A stretch of DNA of 64,000 bases. Origin: the human T2T-CHM13v2.0 reference genome, Homo sapiens. The DNA lies in the NCBI RefSeq assembly GCF_009914755.1, contig NC_060928.1; one strand, given 5' to 3'. The position numbers were made by a program, and so were the translations under genes. The notes beneath the pieces were generated by a model. The model did not search any database. It saw only the letters and a program-made list of their open reading frames with translations, and had not been told where the DNA came from. This document shows, piece after piece, positions 44,118 through 58,689 of the stretch. Positions within the stretch are counted from its first letter, which is position 1, and each line of letters starts with the position of its first letter.

Positions 44118-45000
44118 TCAGGAATTAAGTTTCTGTCCAGAGACCCTTTGGCCCTCAGGACAGTCGAGTTTCCAGTGGCCAAGCTTGTGGCAGAGGGGGC
44201 AAGATATGTGGGGCTTTTCCACATTTATCCTACTGTAGCAGTTTGCATTCCAGTGGCCTGGATTCTCACAGCAGTGGCAGTGACCTGAGGAGTGCCCTTA
44301 AGACAACCTGGAGGAGGCCAGAGAGCTTGCAGAGCAGCCAATAGTTGGGCCTGCCTCTTCTCCTTGCATGTTTCCTTTTCCTTAGCCTTATCCTCCTTGT
44401 CCTGATCTCAGCTATAAAAGAATGAGGAGGCTAATTTGAGTATTTCCTGTGTAAGGTCACTGGGTTTTAAGGCTGAGTATTTTTTTTTTATTATTTTACT
44501 TTAAGTTGTAGGGTACATGTGCACAACGTGCAGGTTTGTTACTGCATGTACACATGTATACATGTGCCATGTTGTGCTGTACCCATTAACTCATCATTTA
44601 CATTAGGTATATCTCCTAATGCTATCCCTCCCCCCAGCCCCACTCCACGACAGGCCCCGGTGTGTGATGTTCCCCACCCTGTGTCCAAGTGTTCTCATTG
44701 TTCAATTCCCACCTATGAGTGAAAACATGTGGTGTTTGGTTTTCTGTCCTTGTGATAGTTTGCTCAAAATGATGGTTTCCAGCTTCATCCATGTCACTAC
44801 AAATGACATGAACTCATCCTTTTTTATGGCTGCATAGTTTTTAAGGCTGAGTTTTATAATTTTCTCCCAGTTCATTTCTGGGCCAAACAGTATTCCAAAG
44901 GAAACCTAATTTTTTGTTTTAAGGTTTGGAGATACCAGACATTTCCCTTGAGGATGCATCTGAGGGGTGTGTCTTGTGTTATGGAGACACAATTACCTAT
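44118..45000 (-). pseudogene. gag remnant: MA N-terminus plus CA C-terminus/NC with two CCHC zinc knuckles; interrupted by L1
   Basis: GNCVSITQDTPLRCILK...QTLKQK (MA-like); QEILKLASSFFYS*DQDKEDKAKEKE (CA end); CHCCENPGHWNANC and CPLCHKLGHWKLDC at 44279-44160. Confidence 0.85.
44479..44838 (-). mobile_element. 5'-truncated L1PA (L1PA4/5-like) 3' end
   Basis: tactttaagttgtagggtacatgtgcacaacgtgcagg...; perfect 14-bp TSD ttttaaggctgagt at 44465-44478 and 44839-44852. Confidence 0.95.
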
Positions 45001-46494
45001 CTGCAAAAAAAGAACAGAGAAGAAAAAAAAAAGGAAAAAGGAAAAGAAGGTGTCACCTCTTACTGTCCTATTATTAGTCTGAACAAGGTATTCCCCCATT
45101 CATCCTCCATTCATCCTTAGAGTTCCAGCATGAACTGGTCTTATCATATACCCTTAACCTTGGTCTCATCTCATCACAATTATCCATTTGAGAATCGAGG
45201 AGATCCTGGAATCAACAGGGATCTGCTTGTTTATCCTTGGGGTATCTGGAATGAATCGGTCTTATTGGGTACCCCTAACCTTGCCTTTGTCTCTGTTGTA
45301 ATGGTAATTTGTTAGCCTAGAACAAGCCTTCAGCTCTGTCCTATGGTTTCCTGAACCTGCAGTCTTGGGCTGTCCTATAGCCTTGTCTCCATGACATTAT
45401 AGTGACTCTCACTTGGAGAATTCTAGCAAAAAAATGATTACTTCTCTTCTCACATTCCAATTTCCCATGTTCTTTAAGATGGAAAGCCTATTTCTCAGCA
45501 AATTGCTGCAAGGGAACAGGACTTCGCTCCCTTCAAATATGACTTTGAAGGTCTTGATGCATATTGAGAAGGGTGTGGAAGTAATTACAGAAATGGAGGC
45601 TACAGGAGGAAGCAGGAGGAAGTGAGAGGAATACTCATGGAAAGCCTTTATATGCTCACAAAAACAGCAGCCCTTGGATTCTGGAAGGCAATGTTTATTG
45701 GCCCTCTTGACATAAAAGAGAAACTTCTGGAGGATTTTGGGGCATGGATAAGGGCTCAAATGGCAAAGGCAGAATGTCCTCTCCTCACAAAGTAGTATTA
45801 ACTAAAAAAATAAATAAATAAAAAAAAGGAGATGGGGTTGTTAAAGGACCACAGGGTGAGGTCTTATGCAGGCAAAAAAATTGGTTCAAAATCCACTGGA
45901 AAACATGGCCCTGGGGCATAACAGGAATGGAAAGCACATGGTAAGTCATAAGGAGCTGGTAGAGCCAAGGTTCCAATTAGTGTCTGTCCTGGCAAGGAGC
46001 CAACAGCAGAGAAGGAAGTCATGTGGCATGCAAAGCAAAGTTAGAGAAAAGACAGGTTGCCTCCTAAGCAGAGGTCCTGCAGGTGTGCAAGGCCATTTCA
46101 GAATACACAGAGAAAAAACAGGAGAATAGGTGGTGTGGGTTTTTGTAAAAGAGTCTATTTTAGTGGAAAAAGCAGAGGAAACTCCAGACATTGCACAGTC
46201 TCTGGCTTTAGCCCTACCACTCTCATGACCCTTTTGTCCAAAATGACCATTGGCATCTCAAGTCTACTCGGTGCAGACTCCAACATCGTTCTCATCCCTG
46301 TGAGCCACCAATCAGGGTGAAACTGAGAGATGAGCCGGGAAAAGCAGAGCCACTGTGGCCAAGAGGAATTGTTCTGGGGGTTGTTTAGTAAGCAGGAAAG
46401 TGAAAAGTTAAAAAAAAAAAAAAACACATACGGGGGTTGAATGCTACCAGCCAAAGAAGGCAAGGTGTACACATATCTTACAACCAGGAAATGT

Positions 46495-46514
46495 ATCTGA
46501 ATCATATAGCATCA
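46495..46514 (-). promoter_or_regulatory. Degenerate primer-binding site, possibly tRNA-His
   Basis: Minus strand just after the 5' LTR reads tgatgctatatgattcagat, compared with the His PBS tggtgccgtgactcggat (transitions plus a 2-nt insertion). Confidence 0.4.
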
Positions 46515-46632
46515 AAATATGTTCGAAGCATTAAATCTGTATGAATCTCCTGCAACCTCAGTTCTTGCCTCCTTAATAGAAAGAATTCAACCAAGAGGCA
46601 TAAGGCAGAAGGAGAAACCAAGGCAACATTTA

Positions 46633-47046
<414 letters not shown>

Positions 47047-47372
47047 TCAAGTGCATGCTTTGATTTTTGACTTGGGGTTTTATATGTTGGCATGCTTCCA
47101 GGGTCTTGTGTTACTTCTCCCATGATTCTTCCCTTGGGGTAGGCTGTCCACATATGCAGGGGCCTGCCAGCACTTGGAGGGGGCACAAGCACAATGTGTT
47201 TACTGAAGTTGTATGCGTGCTCACTTGAGACATTCTTCCCTTACCAGTCAAGTGTTCCTTGCAGGTCATGTACCAGTTAAACTCCACCATTTTACCTCTT
47301 TCTGTGCATGCTTGAGCCTACTTGCCCAAGTCCTGAGACCTTAACGGGAAGCTGCTGATGACCAGCCTCAGG

Positions 47373-47678
<306 letters not shown>

Positions 47679-48269
47679 TCAGGTGTTTTCTATCTATGGG
47701 GAGACTGCCTTTCCCTGGTGTTGACTGTGACCAATTATTACTTTACTGAGACAATTAAGCAACCACCTGACCGTAACTTGACAGTTGCCTGGCATTTCTG
47801 AGGGCAAGGGACTCTCCTTCCCTGTTCATGTCTGACTACTTACCGTAACATTTAAACAGAAAATAGTATATTTGTCACACAGACAGGTAAGACAAAGAGT
47901 CATGGAGTTATGATAAAATGAATAATATATGACCTATAGTAATAAAGAATAAGAGATTAGAAGAAGAGAGAGTAAAAATGAGACAGGAAGTGGATGGGGA
48001 TGGTTGAAGAAAAAAATGAGTTAAAAAAAGTTGTAGTTCAAAGGGACTTATAAGCTTTCTAGAAAATACAGCATGCGGGATAGTTGAAAAAAGACACTTG
48101 GCAGACATAAGATATTAATAAGAAATGACAGAAGAGGCTAATGTTTTGTAGTCAGATGGAGGATCTAAGGTTTTGATAATGTGACTCTCAATAGAGATAT
48201 GAGCACAAAGAAGGAAACCAAAAAGAGAACCAAAGAGAACCAAAGGGAACCAGTAAGAGATGCTGAAGT

Positions 48270-48587
<318 letters not shown>

Positions 48588-51039
48588 TCAAGTAGTGACA
48601 ACAGGAAAACAGTTGCCACTCTCAGTCTGATAGTGCAAAGAGAAGACATAATGTTATTAGAGCTCCAAAAGAGTTGGAATCCTTGAAATGGGTACACTAG
48701 CAGAGGCTGTATTCCTGCAGGGGTGTAGCATTTGCCATAATCCAAAAAGTGAAGCAGGGAAGACACAGAAGAAGAGAGCCTTACCTATTTTCTTCTGCTA
48801 TACAAACTCCTCCTGTTATCTTTCAGTTGTTGAGACCAATTTGCAGTCAAAATACAGTCAAAAAAGTAAAGATAGGCTAATTGACTGGGTTAGCCTTATG
48901 GGTTAGAGAGCAAAGTTCATATCTGGTTAAGTTATGGTTAGTCTTATGTCAATTTCTTAATAATGTAAGTGCAGTTTGACTATTTTTTGCTCCCACTTGT
49001 AGGTCTCTCTCTTTCTCCTTTGAATCTTGGGTATTCATTACAATTATCCTAGTCTCATTCTAATCTGTTTATCCTCCCAAAGTCCCTTAACATAAGTGAC
49101 CTTCCAATTTTCTGATGAAACCAGTCTTAATGGAAGACAACAATGAGAATAAACTCTCTTGGGAACAAAGGCAATATAAAAGAGGAAATTTTAGATCAAA
49201 TGCATCTATTATGATAGAATGTATTGGAGCAGGGTGAAGGCATACTAGAAAAGAATACCTTTCTATGTTCCATGACATTGTGCTGCCTCTCTTAAGCCCA
49301 TGACTAACAGAATTAGCATTACCATTCAAATCCGTCTCTTCAATTCTGAATGCTCCGGTATAACATCCACTCTGAATATTTAAAAGCTCTGCTCTACCCT
49401 ACCATGATGGCTTTGGCTTTCACAAGTAGGTTTTAATTGTCTGGGGAGGTAAAAGGACCTAACTGCCATTCCATTATTTAGCATTTTTACTGTTCACAGA
49501 TATGTTCTTACTTTTATAGCCTCCCTGTTGATTTTCATGATTAATGGATGTGTCTCTCTCTGGCAAATTTTGAATAAGTCTTAGCCTGAATGGTTATAAA
49601 TGTAGGTAGCTCTTTCAACCTCCCTTATCTACCAACAAGGCTGGTACAGATAAAACAGTACGAGGCATGTGTAACATTTCTATAATTATGAAATAATAAA
49701 AAATAATACCAATTTTTGAGATTATTGTGTGTCTTAATGTTGCAATGCAGACCGGAAATACATAAATGGTAACACAAACTTGTGACTGTCATTTATCATC
49801 ATATAATACTAGAGATCATAAACCTTTTTAGCTAATAAAAAACAAAAAGAATGGCCTGGTTATGTTCTCTGTCAATAATCATTTTAAAAAGGTCAGTTCG
49901 GCATAAGAGGGCAGGTTAGTTCAGAATCAATAAAGATATTGTTTAATATTTCTAAAAAAATTGTTATTGATTTATCTATCTATAAATTTTTAAATATTTC
50001 CTGTTAGATGCCTAGCTCTTATAAGTTCTGAAACCAGGAAAGCAGAAATCATATAAATGTGACATCTGAAAAAATTATATGTGAACTGAGTACCTCGTAT
50101 AAAGATAAAAGGACTCATAATACTTGATCTGTCTTTAAAATAATCACCACAATAACGGAAAACAAACATGTAAAGACATAATACCAATAATATGAGAAGA
50201 GCTATTTACAAAAAAACAGTATACAGCCTAAAAAGGAAATTAAAGAGGAGATATAATCACAGCTAGCTTATTGAAGTGAGGGAATAGGAAAGTGTGGTGT
50301 TTCATCATTAAATACTTCACTGAACTAAACTATTTATGGTAATGTAGAATGTCATAGTAATGTGAATTATTGGCAAAAGAGTTAATTTAGGATTTTAGCC
50401 AAAAAAAAAAAAAAAAGGTAGGGATGTAAGTAAAGCTTTTAAATTCCTAGCTGCTTCTCAGTTGGTAGATGCCATTAGTTGTTAATGTAAATTTATTTGT
50501 GATTAATTATGACTGTCAATAAGAAATTTTGTAGAACGAAGTACCGGAGAAAAAATAAGAACACATGAAGAAAGCCACATAAGAAGACTGGCACGAAACA
50601 GGCAGACATCCAAGGAAGTTACTCTAAGGAGCCACAAAAAACAAAGTCCCATCTTTAGTAAAAAGATTTAGAGATTCAATCTGTTTCAAAGATTCCCTGA
50701 TTAACTGTCTGGAAACATGAAGTGTCAGATTAAGCATTAAGTTCAGCTCAGGCTTACTGCTTTCCATGTCTTAGAAAGGGAAAGTACTTTAAAAGAACCA
50801 ATCTGTAATATAGAAGACAGGGAAAATGGCTCTTAATAGAAACAAGGAAATGCTAAGAAAAGTAAACCATAACTGAACAACGCTGAAAAGTTTAAAGGGA
50901 ATTAAAACATAAATGGCTTTAGACAGGAACAGAAAAATTATGATAAATAGAAAAAACATCTGCAATACTGGATATATAACATTAACGTGGATCTTCATTC
51001 ATATAATTTTCTAAGAGTTTTGGACAAAGTGTACCCTGT

Positions 51040-51845
51040 GACTTTCATAAACTGTTGATAGAAATGTAAAATGGTAAAATCTCTTGGAAAATGTTCTTCA
51101 GCTTCTTAAAAAATTAAATATAGCCCTATCATCTGACCCAACAATTCTACTCCTTGGTATTTATGAAAGAGAAAAAGGAAATATATGTCCTTTTAAGGAC
51201 TTATACCAAATGTTCAGCTTTATTTACAATAGCCAAAATTTTTTTTGTAAAAGCTAAAAGAAGTGAAAAAAAAAAAAGGAAATGGCACAAATGTTTATCA
51301 CCAGATAATGAATAACCAATTTATACATTGTTTATTCAATGGACATCCAAGTGATAACTATTCAAGTGATAACCAAGATACCCAAATTGTCCAAATAACA
51401 TCCAAATGTTTACCAATGGATAAATGATTATGTTATATCGATACAATGGGATGCTATTTATCAATTAAATGAATAAATTATTGACGCATGTATTGAGATG
51501 GATAAAGCACAACATATTTATGCTGTGTAAAATACGCCAGACCAAAATACAAGAGTACATACCATATCAATTCATTCTATAAGTCTCAGGAAAGTAAACA
51601 GTAATATGCAGTTACTGAAAACAGGTCAATTGCGTTTTGGAGATGTGGAGTAAAAAAGAGTGTGAGGGAGGAATTACCAGGGGCATTGGTAAACTTTTGG
51701 ATATATACTTTCTCATGATTGCAGTGATGGTTTTTATTGTGTAAGCATATGTGAACATTTGTCAAATCGTATACTTTAAATACATGTTAAATATGTGTGG
51801 TTTATTGAATATCAATTATTTCTTAATAATACTGCTTAAGAAAAT
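51040..51845 (+). mobile_element. Old L1 (L1MC/L1ME-type) 3' end
   Basis: gaaatgtaaaatggta...gacccaacaattctactccttggtattta...gattgcagtgatggttt...tatactttaaata. Confidence 0.75.
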
Positions 51846-52014
51846 AATTGTGAGAGTCTTCATTCACGAAGTGATCCTGAGACTTTTGAAGAAGCTACAG
51901 AGTCCCATTCTCTTAAGTACAATGATGTCAGTCACGAAATAATGTGATTACTTTGTTAAGTGATCTCCTTTACTAAGGGACTAGCTTTTGCTGGCTAACA
52001 ACTTTCCATTGGGA

Positions 52015-52600
52015 TATTTCACATTCATTAATTTATTCATTCAGGTATTGTTTCATTCATTATCCTATCAACATATCTCTCTATGTCTGGGTCTGTCTTA
52101 GACCCTTCAAACTCAAGTTCTCTTAAATTGAGCAAGTTATCATTTTCCCATGTCCTTTACAAGGCTTCTCTTCTTCACTTCTTAATTTTAGTTAATTGTA
52201 TCATTACTTAACCATTTGCCATAATGTGTTTTTTTTTTTCAGCAAACATTAGTGAGGGAATTCAGTATAATTCAAATACTGAATTAAAAAGATAACTAAG
52301 ATTTAGTCCATGCTCTCAAGGATATTAAACTAATGTGGTAGAAGATTTAATATGTAAACAAAATGTAGTAATATAATCTGTTGGTTTTACAGGCTATGGT
52401 ATGGACTGATCTATTCTGTCAAAAGTAATTTTAAAAAGCTTTAAAGAAACAAAATATGTTAAAAAACAGTTTGAAGAGTGACTATGAATTTTATTTCAGA
52501 CAAGACAGAGGGAATTTTATCTCAGTAAACAACATCAGAAACAAAAGCATAGTATAAAATGTTGTGTTTGGGCAAAGATGAATACTTGTGGTTGTTATTT
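52015..52600 (-). mobile_element. L2 fragments
   Basis: cattcatt repeats (reverse of the L2 tail) and tagtccatgctctcaagga; bounds approximate. Confidence 0.45.
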
Positions 52601-52885
52601 AAAGAGATAATGTGAAAAACTGCTTTCAGATTAAGTTGCCAGTTCTTAAAAAGTCATAAAACCAAATAGAAACATCTGAATAGACTACTAGAATGAGGGA
52701 GGCCCTGAATGTACCATTGTTTGAAGAGTTGATGGGACTAGTGTCTTTCAGGCCAGTGTTCTCTGCGTCCTCAGAAAATACGCGGTGATATTGACACCAC
52801 ACATGAAGAATCCCTCTCAGCCTTTTCACCTTGCCAAGACATCAGATTTCTTCCTGCAGATCATGTCAAGGACATTCTGACATCG

Positions 52886-53313
52886 TGTGGTAGACAGATG
52901 TTCTATCTAGATTCCCCTTCAAAGAAGGAATAGCTGCCTATTTAAAGAAAGTGTGGTCAGTAGAAAATCTCCAGTTGTCAGCTTCTTCAGGACCTACCTT
53001 TGCGTCAGGGACAGCTTTGCCCAAGGTCATGTTTTGCCTGAGGCAGCCAATGTTCTACAGCTAACTGAGGAGGGATTATAAAGCTATAGCTATTTAGGTC
53101 TAATGCATGAAAATTTAGAATGGAAATCCCTGCTTCTGAGCTCTCCATCACTAACTTGACTGATTTTTTATTTAGGGTGGCATTGTATTTCAGCTCTTCC
53201 CTTTATATGGTCCCGGTTTCTCCTCCTACTTTTTCAAAGACATTGATCATTAACAAATGCTTTGCACTAAAACTTCATTTCGGCTGCTGTTTCCAGAGAA
53301 CTCAACCTGCAAA
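52886..53313 (+). mobile_element. LTR16-like (ERVL) solo LTR
   Basis: tgtggtagac...gctttgcccaaggtca...gtttccagagaactcaacctgc resembles LTR16A. Confidence 0.6.
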
Positions 53314-54186
53314 TCATCTCAACCTCATTGAATATTTGACATTGTCAAGGCTAGGTTTCAGTCAACCAACCAAATAAATAGTAGAATTACTCCTCATGTT
53401 TAAACTAATATATTCAGTCAAGAAACCAAAGTGTCTCCACTTAATATACTGCCCCAGTGTATTGATATGTTTTGGCTTTCTTGATTTAATTCTCTTGTAT
53501 CCCTAGTCCCCACATATATTTTTCAGTTTTGTTGCCTTTATAAATTAGCAAATCTTGCCCGTATTTTGAAATATAAACTAATCTTCTGGGTCTGATTTTT
53601 ATCTTATCTCTGAAGCATGCTAAAATATGATTATAATCATAAGTCTTGAACAATAAGCTGTGGTGAACTTGTGTCTTGAGGGGAAATGACATCCCCATGC
53701 AAGGCAACAGCCTACAGTTATGAAGTAAGATAAAATTAGTCTCCTTACCCACTGCTGGAGATGATGCTTCCACAGGTAAAACAATCTAAAGGAAATTTTA
53801 ATATTTAAGGGTTTCAATTACAAACAAGTGTCAAAATTCATCCCTTCTCATTTTACTCCCAAATAAGTGACAATTCCATAGAAGTGACTTTAAAAAGTAA
53901 GAATTCAACTTGTATAATTATTTTCAACCAGCATAATTAAATTTGGGGTATAATTTTCATTGTTATCTCCTCAGTCGTTATAAGATGTAAGTGATTATTT
54001 TGGGACCACAATAGTACCTCTCTAATTATCTGTGATTGGTAAGAAAACTTTAAGGCACTGATCTTTTATGTTTATTTCTATAAGCTTCTTGGAATAATCA
54101 GAAACCAGCTTCCCACCCTCAGTTCTTTATGTCAGTATTAATACAATAATGGCCAACAACTGCCTGATCTTAGATAGTATAACCTA

Positions 54187-54565
54187 TGTATTAGTCCATT
54201 CTCATACTGCTGTGAAGAAATACGTGAAACTGGGAAAATGTATAAAGGAAAGAGGTTTAATTGACTCACAGTTCTGCATGGCTGGGGAGGCCTCAGGAAA
54301 CTTACAATCATGGCAGAAGGAGAAGCAAACGCATCCTTATTCATATGGCACCAGGAGAGAGAAATGCATAGCGAAGTGGGGGAAGCCCCTTATAAAATCA
54401 TCGAATCTTGTGGGAACTCACTTACTATCACAAGAACAGCATGGGGGACTAACTCCATGATTTATTCACCTCCTACAACATCCCTCCCTCAACACATTAT
54501 GGGCATTACAATTCAAATTACAATTCAAGATGTGATTTGGGTGGGGACACAGCCAAATCATATCA
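54187..54565 (-). mobile_element. THE1 (THE1D-like) solo LTR
   Basis: tgtattagtccattctcatactgct...ggggacacagccaaatcatatca; perfect TSD accta. Confidence 0.94.
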
Positions 54566-54986
54566 ACCTAAAAGACTGATGAGTGTTAATTTAAGTAATT
54601 TTGATACCACTGCATGCTAAAAATCATCTTTTTCTGTTAACTGTATTCATCATCAAAACTAATTTCAGAAATCTGTATTTAAGGATATGATTCCTGGGAC
54701 TAATCATGGTACCACTTACAGGCTTTGAAAGAAAGAATCAAAAACCCAGAAGCAGTGGTTGGTATTGCACCAGCGATAATTAAATATAGGAACTAATGTG
54801 TATAGCTTTTAAAAAGCTACTATTCCATATGCTGGGGAACCTAAGGGACGATATGCTGTCACAAAACCTATGTGCTTAGAGCCAGTGGCTGAACAATTGT
54901 CATTTGGTCTCTGAAGGTCTGGAAAGGGGTCTCCTGAGGCTCCCGCTTCATAGTAAGTGCTTGGACCTCTTGTGTAGATGTGTTTT

Positions 54987-55012
54987 TGTGTGTGTGTGTG
55001 TGTGTGTGTGTG
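54987..55012. repeat. (TG)n microsatellite
   Basis: About 12 TG units. Confidence 0.9.
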
Positions 55013-57475
55013 GTGTGTTGGGGGTGTGGTCACTGTGCAGCTGGTGCTGACATCCCTGACACAGTGCAGATGGCTGGTTCTAGGAGTGCTGGCAGATACT
55101 GGGTTGGACCCTAACTGCCTTTTGCTGCTAGAAGAATGCAGGCAAAGTTAGAAAACTGGAAGAAAATTCTTTTTTTACTTCCTCCCTCTTTGCTGTCTCC
55201 CTCAAGGGCCCCTCTCCATGCCCCCCCGTCTCCTGCCCCTCATTCCATTGATACAAATGAAAAGAAAACCATCTGGTAAGAGACTTTGGGAAATGAAATT
55301 TAGAGTATAGTGTCTCAGGCCCAGTGTTACTAAGAAGCACACAGAAGAGTGAGCTGGGAATTCAGAAAGAATGAATAAATATCTTTCTCCGTCATACTCA
55401 GAAAATAAAATTATTTTCTAAAAAATGGATTAAAGTAAACACAGAAATACATACACATACAGCAGATTGATGACCATGCTATCCACAGCAGAATAAAAAT
55501 TGAAAATGGGTCACCAAAACTAAAGTTTAGTCCAAATATCATAAGAAATAACCAAGTTGGAGTTTAGTTATTTTTGAATGATATTATTTTTCTTTTATTT
55601 TATGTTACAGAAAATGGGCAGCTAAAGAAGATAATTGAGTAGGGACACAGTTTATTGCCATTACTGCTCAAATAGGTTTTCTTTTTGTTTGTTTATGTAG
55701 GTAATTTTATCAATCTTTTCTTTTACGAGTATTGAATTTTGACTTACAGTGAGAATGGCCTTTCTCATTCCAAAATATAAAGAAATTCAATCAAGCTTTC
55801 TTCAAGTACTTTTTCTAGTGCCATTATTTTTTGCATTTAAATAGTTGATCTATTTGGATCTCATGGCATGTGGTGCAAAACACAGACTTATGGGAACTGC
55901 TAAATAATGGTATCGATTATGCCGCATCTGCAATTCTGGGAGCAGTAATGTGTGATTGCATTTAGGAAAAAGCTATCAGTTTATTGTTCTAACTAGCTCA
56001 GTCATCAGGTTTTACTTTGAAAGGGTCTGTATGCCATACATAAATGGAATTGTCATTTTTAATAGTGGTTTATACAGTTGGTTCATGATTTCTCCTTTGT
56101 GTAACAAAAAGCTAGAGCCTTAGATCAAGAGCTGGTTTCAACAAAGACAGATTTAGCCCTGAGCTCACTTGTGGCACTGTCTCTTTTTACAACCGTAAAA
56201 CTGGCATTGCATCATTTTGAGTAGAAAATAGAATCCTCATCATGCTTTTACATTATGCATGTAGCAAACATTTGTTAGCAAACTTCCTTATAATTAATTC
56301 AATTTTCCCCCCGAGGGAAATATTGCTTAAAAAACATTTACTGTATGATTAATTTAATTTTATAAATTTGATTAATACTTCAACTTTGGAGCTTTTCATG
56401 TATGTTGTTAAAATAAATTCTACTTGAGTTTTAATAATTTCATGACTGTTCCTTTTTAGCCCTGTTATTTGCTTTGGATTGTAAAATTCAATAAGAAGAA
56501 AATTCACAGTCAATGGAACTGGGCGGTGTTGGGGCTTTTAGTCTGGAAATGAATAACATGCCTGTGTAGAGATGACAATAATTTAAGGCTCTGAGAGCAG
56601 GTCTTTATTTACTTACTATTGAAATCAGACACAGTCTTTGGTCTGATGCAGTAAATATTTTGTAATTTTATTGGAAACTATAACATCCTGGCACTCACAG
56701 AAGCCAGTTTTCTATACAGTGTTACATGACATCTTCACAGTAATGATAAATTAGATGCAACCTCCAAAATATCCAAGCTTAGCCATTTATAAGGAAAATG
56801 GATACTGAAGCAATCTTACTTCTCATAACAACAATTTTCACAATTCTGGTCTACTGCCAGATTAATTCTTTTTGGAATATATTAAGTGTGTTTGCAGGAA
56901 AAGGGAAAATGACTCTAGTATTTGTTGCGTGTTTCGTATGTTTCAAACACTGTATTGCTCTGTGCTATGCATTTTAACTTTGCTATTTGGTAAAACTCCC
57001 ACGGTAATCCATGAGGTTGATGGTGCTAACTCCATGCTGCTTTTGCAGATACAGACTCAGAAAAGGCAATATTCACAGTTTGTACAATTAGTCTGTGGCT
57101 TTCAACTGAGATCGCATTACTATTCTGCCAACAAGAAAAATATTAGTAAAAACACCAAGACATTCTTTCCATAGGCACACATTATATCAGCATATATATA
57201 AGATACATATTTTTATAAGATTATATATATTATATACATACATATTTGGAACATATGTGCATACACACACATATATTCAGTGGAGATTGCATGCAAGAAG
57301 TTTGTACACTTTAAACTGATTCAAGTTATGCATCTTCAATGATTTAAAAGGAAAACACATAATATTGTTTTTAATCAATATTGAAAGAAGAAAGAAACTT
57401 GTATTTTACCTGAATTTTCCAAATCTTTCACATGTATGAGTACTACCAAGATTATTTTTTAATAAACAGATACTT

Positions 57476-58007
57476 TGTATTACTTTCCTATGATAGTAGG
57501 AAAAGTAATAAATTATCATAGAGTGACTCAAACCAAGAGAAATTTACTCTCTCACAGTTTTGGAGGGCAGAAGTCCGAAATCAGTATCACTGCGTTAAAT
57601 CGAGGTGTTGGCCTCTAACCAACTCGGGAGGCTCCCCCTCCCCTCCACTTCCCTCTCCTCCCCTCCCCTCCCCTTCCCTTCCTTTCTTCTTTTTTTCTTT
57701 AGTTAGTTCATTCTTCCTTGCCTTTTGTGGTTGATGACATTCCCAGGCTTCCATCCACATCACCTTTGTCCCTATCTTTTTATCACCTTATCTTCTGCAT
57801 TGCGCGTGTGTACTCTCCCTGCTTCCTTGTTATAAAGGTACATGTGATGGCATTTTGGGCACAACCAAATAATCCAGAATAATCTCTCCGCCTAAAGATC
57901 CCGAAATGAATGGTATCTGCAAAGACCCCCTTTTCAAATAAGGGAATGTTTACATGTTCCAGGGATTAGAATGTGATATATTTTGGGGCCATTTTCAGCC
58001 AACTACA
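57476..58007 (-). mobile_element. MLT1 (MLT1D-like) solo LTR with internal polypyrimidine expansion
   Basis: tgtattactttccta...cagaagtccgaaatcagtatcactg...cattttcagccaactaca; perfect 5-bp TSD tactt. Confidence 0.88.
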
Positions 58008-58689
58008 TACTTGATATTTCCGTATTCCTTTGCTTATTCCTCTGCTGTTGGTTTTGGTGAAAAAAAAAAAAAAAACAGTTATTCTTTAAATTTGCACTGT
58101 GAGTTTTATTCAATAAAGGTCTTCATATATTTATTTGTTTCAATATTTATTTCATAATTTCTCACAATGTGCTTTAAGTTAGGAAATTCAAAAACAACCA
58201 AGTATTGTTATTTGTCAGGAAATGACACAAGACAGCAGATTCAGATGACAGCAAAGTGATAACTATGCCAGTTTCAGCTAAAACAAACATGTAGAATTTT
58301 TAAATCTATTGAACAAAATTTCATTCAGCTTTAAGCACTCCCAACATCAAGAGAAAATGCTGAACCATCCACACTCTCTCCTTCCATACCCTGTTTAAAG
58401 CCGGTTGTTATATGGTTACAATTTCTTTTTCTACCAAAATGGTCTGACATTTTCTCTTGCCTTGTCTCAGTTTTGCCTTCTTTTACTGACAGCACCTGAT
58501 TTAATGTGAAATATTTAATTTATATGTTTGAAATGAGATTGAAACTATCCCTGGCCACATTGGTGGCCATTTGACTTTTCTGTAAATCAAAAAGGATTCT
58601 AAATATAAAGTTTTCTGGAAAAAGCATTAAGGAAAAGTAATGCTTATTGAAGACAGGCAAGAGAGAGACAACACATGTGTAAGTGATTT

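Noticed and set aside
45409-46505. Several 70-116 aa ORFs in the proviral leader
   Set aside because: They lie upstream of the gag start in the leader region and show no retroviral protein motifs
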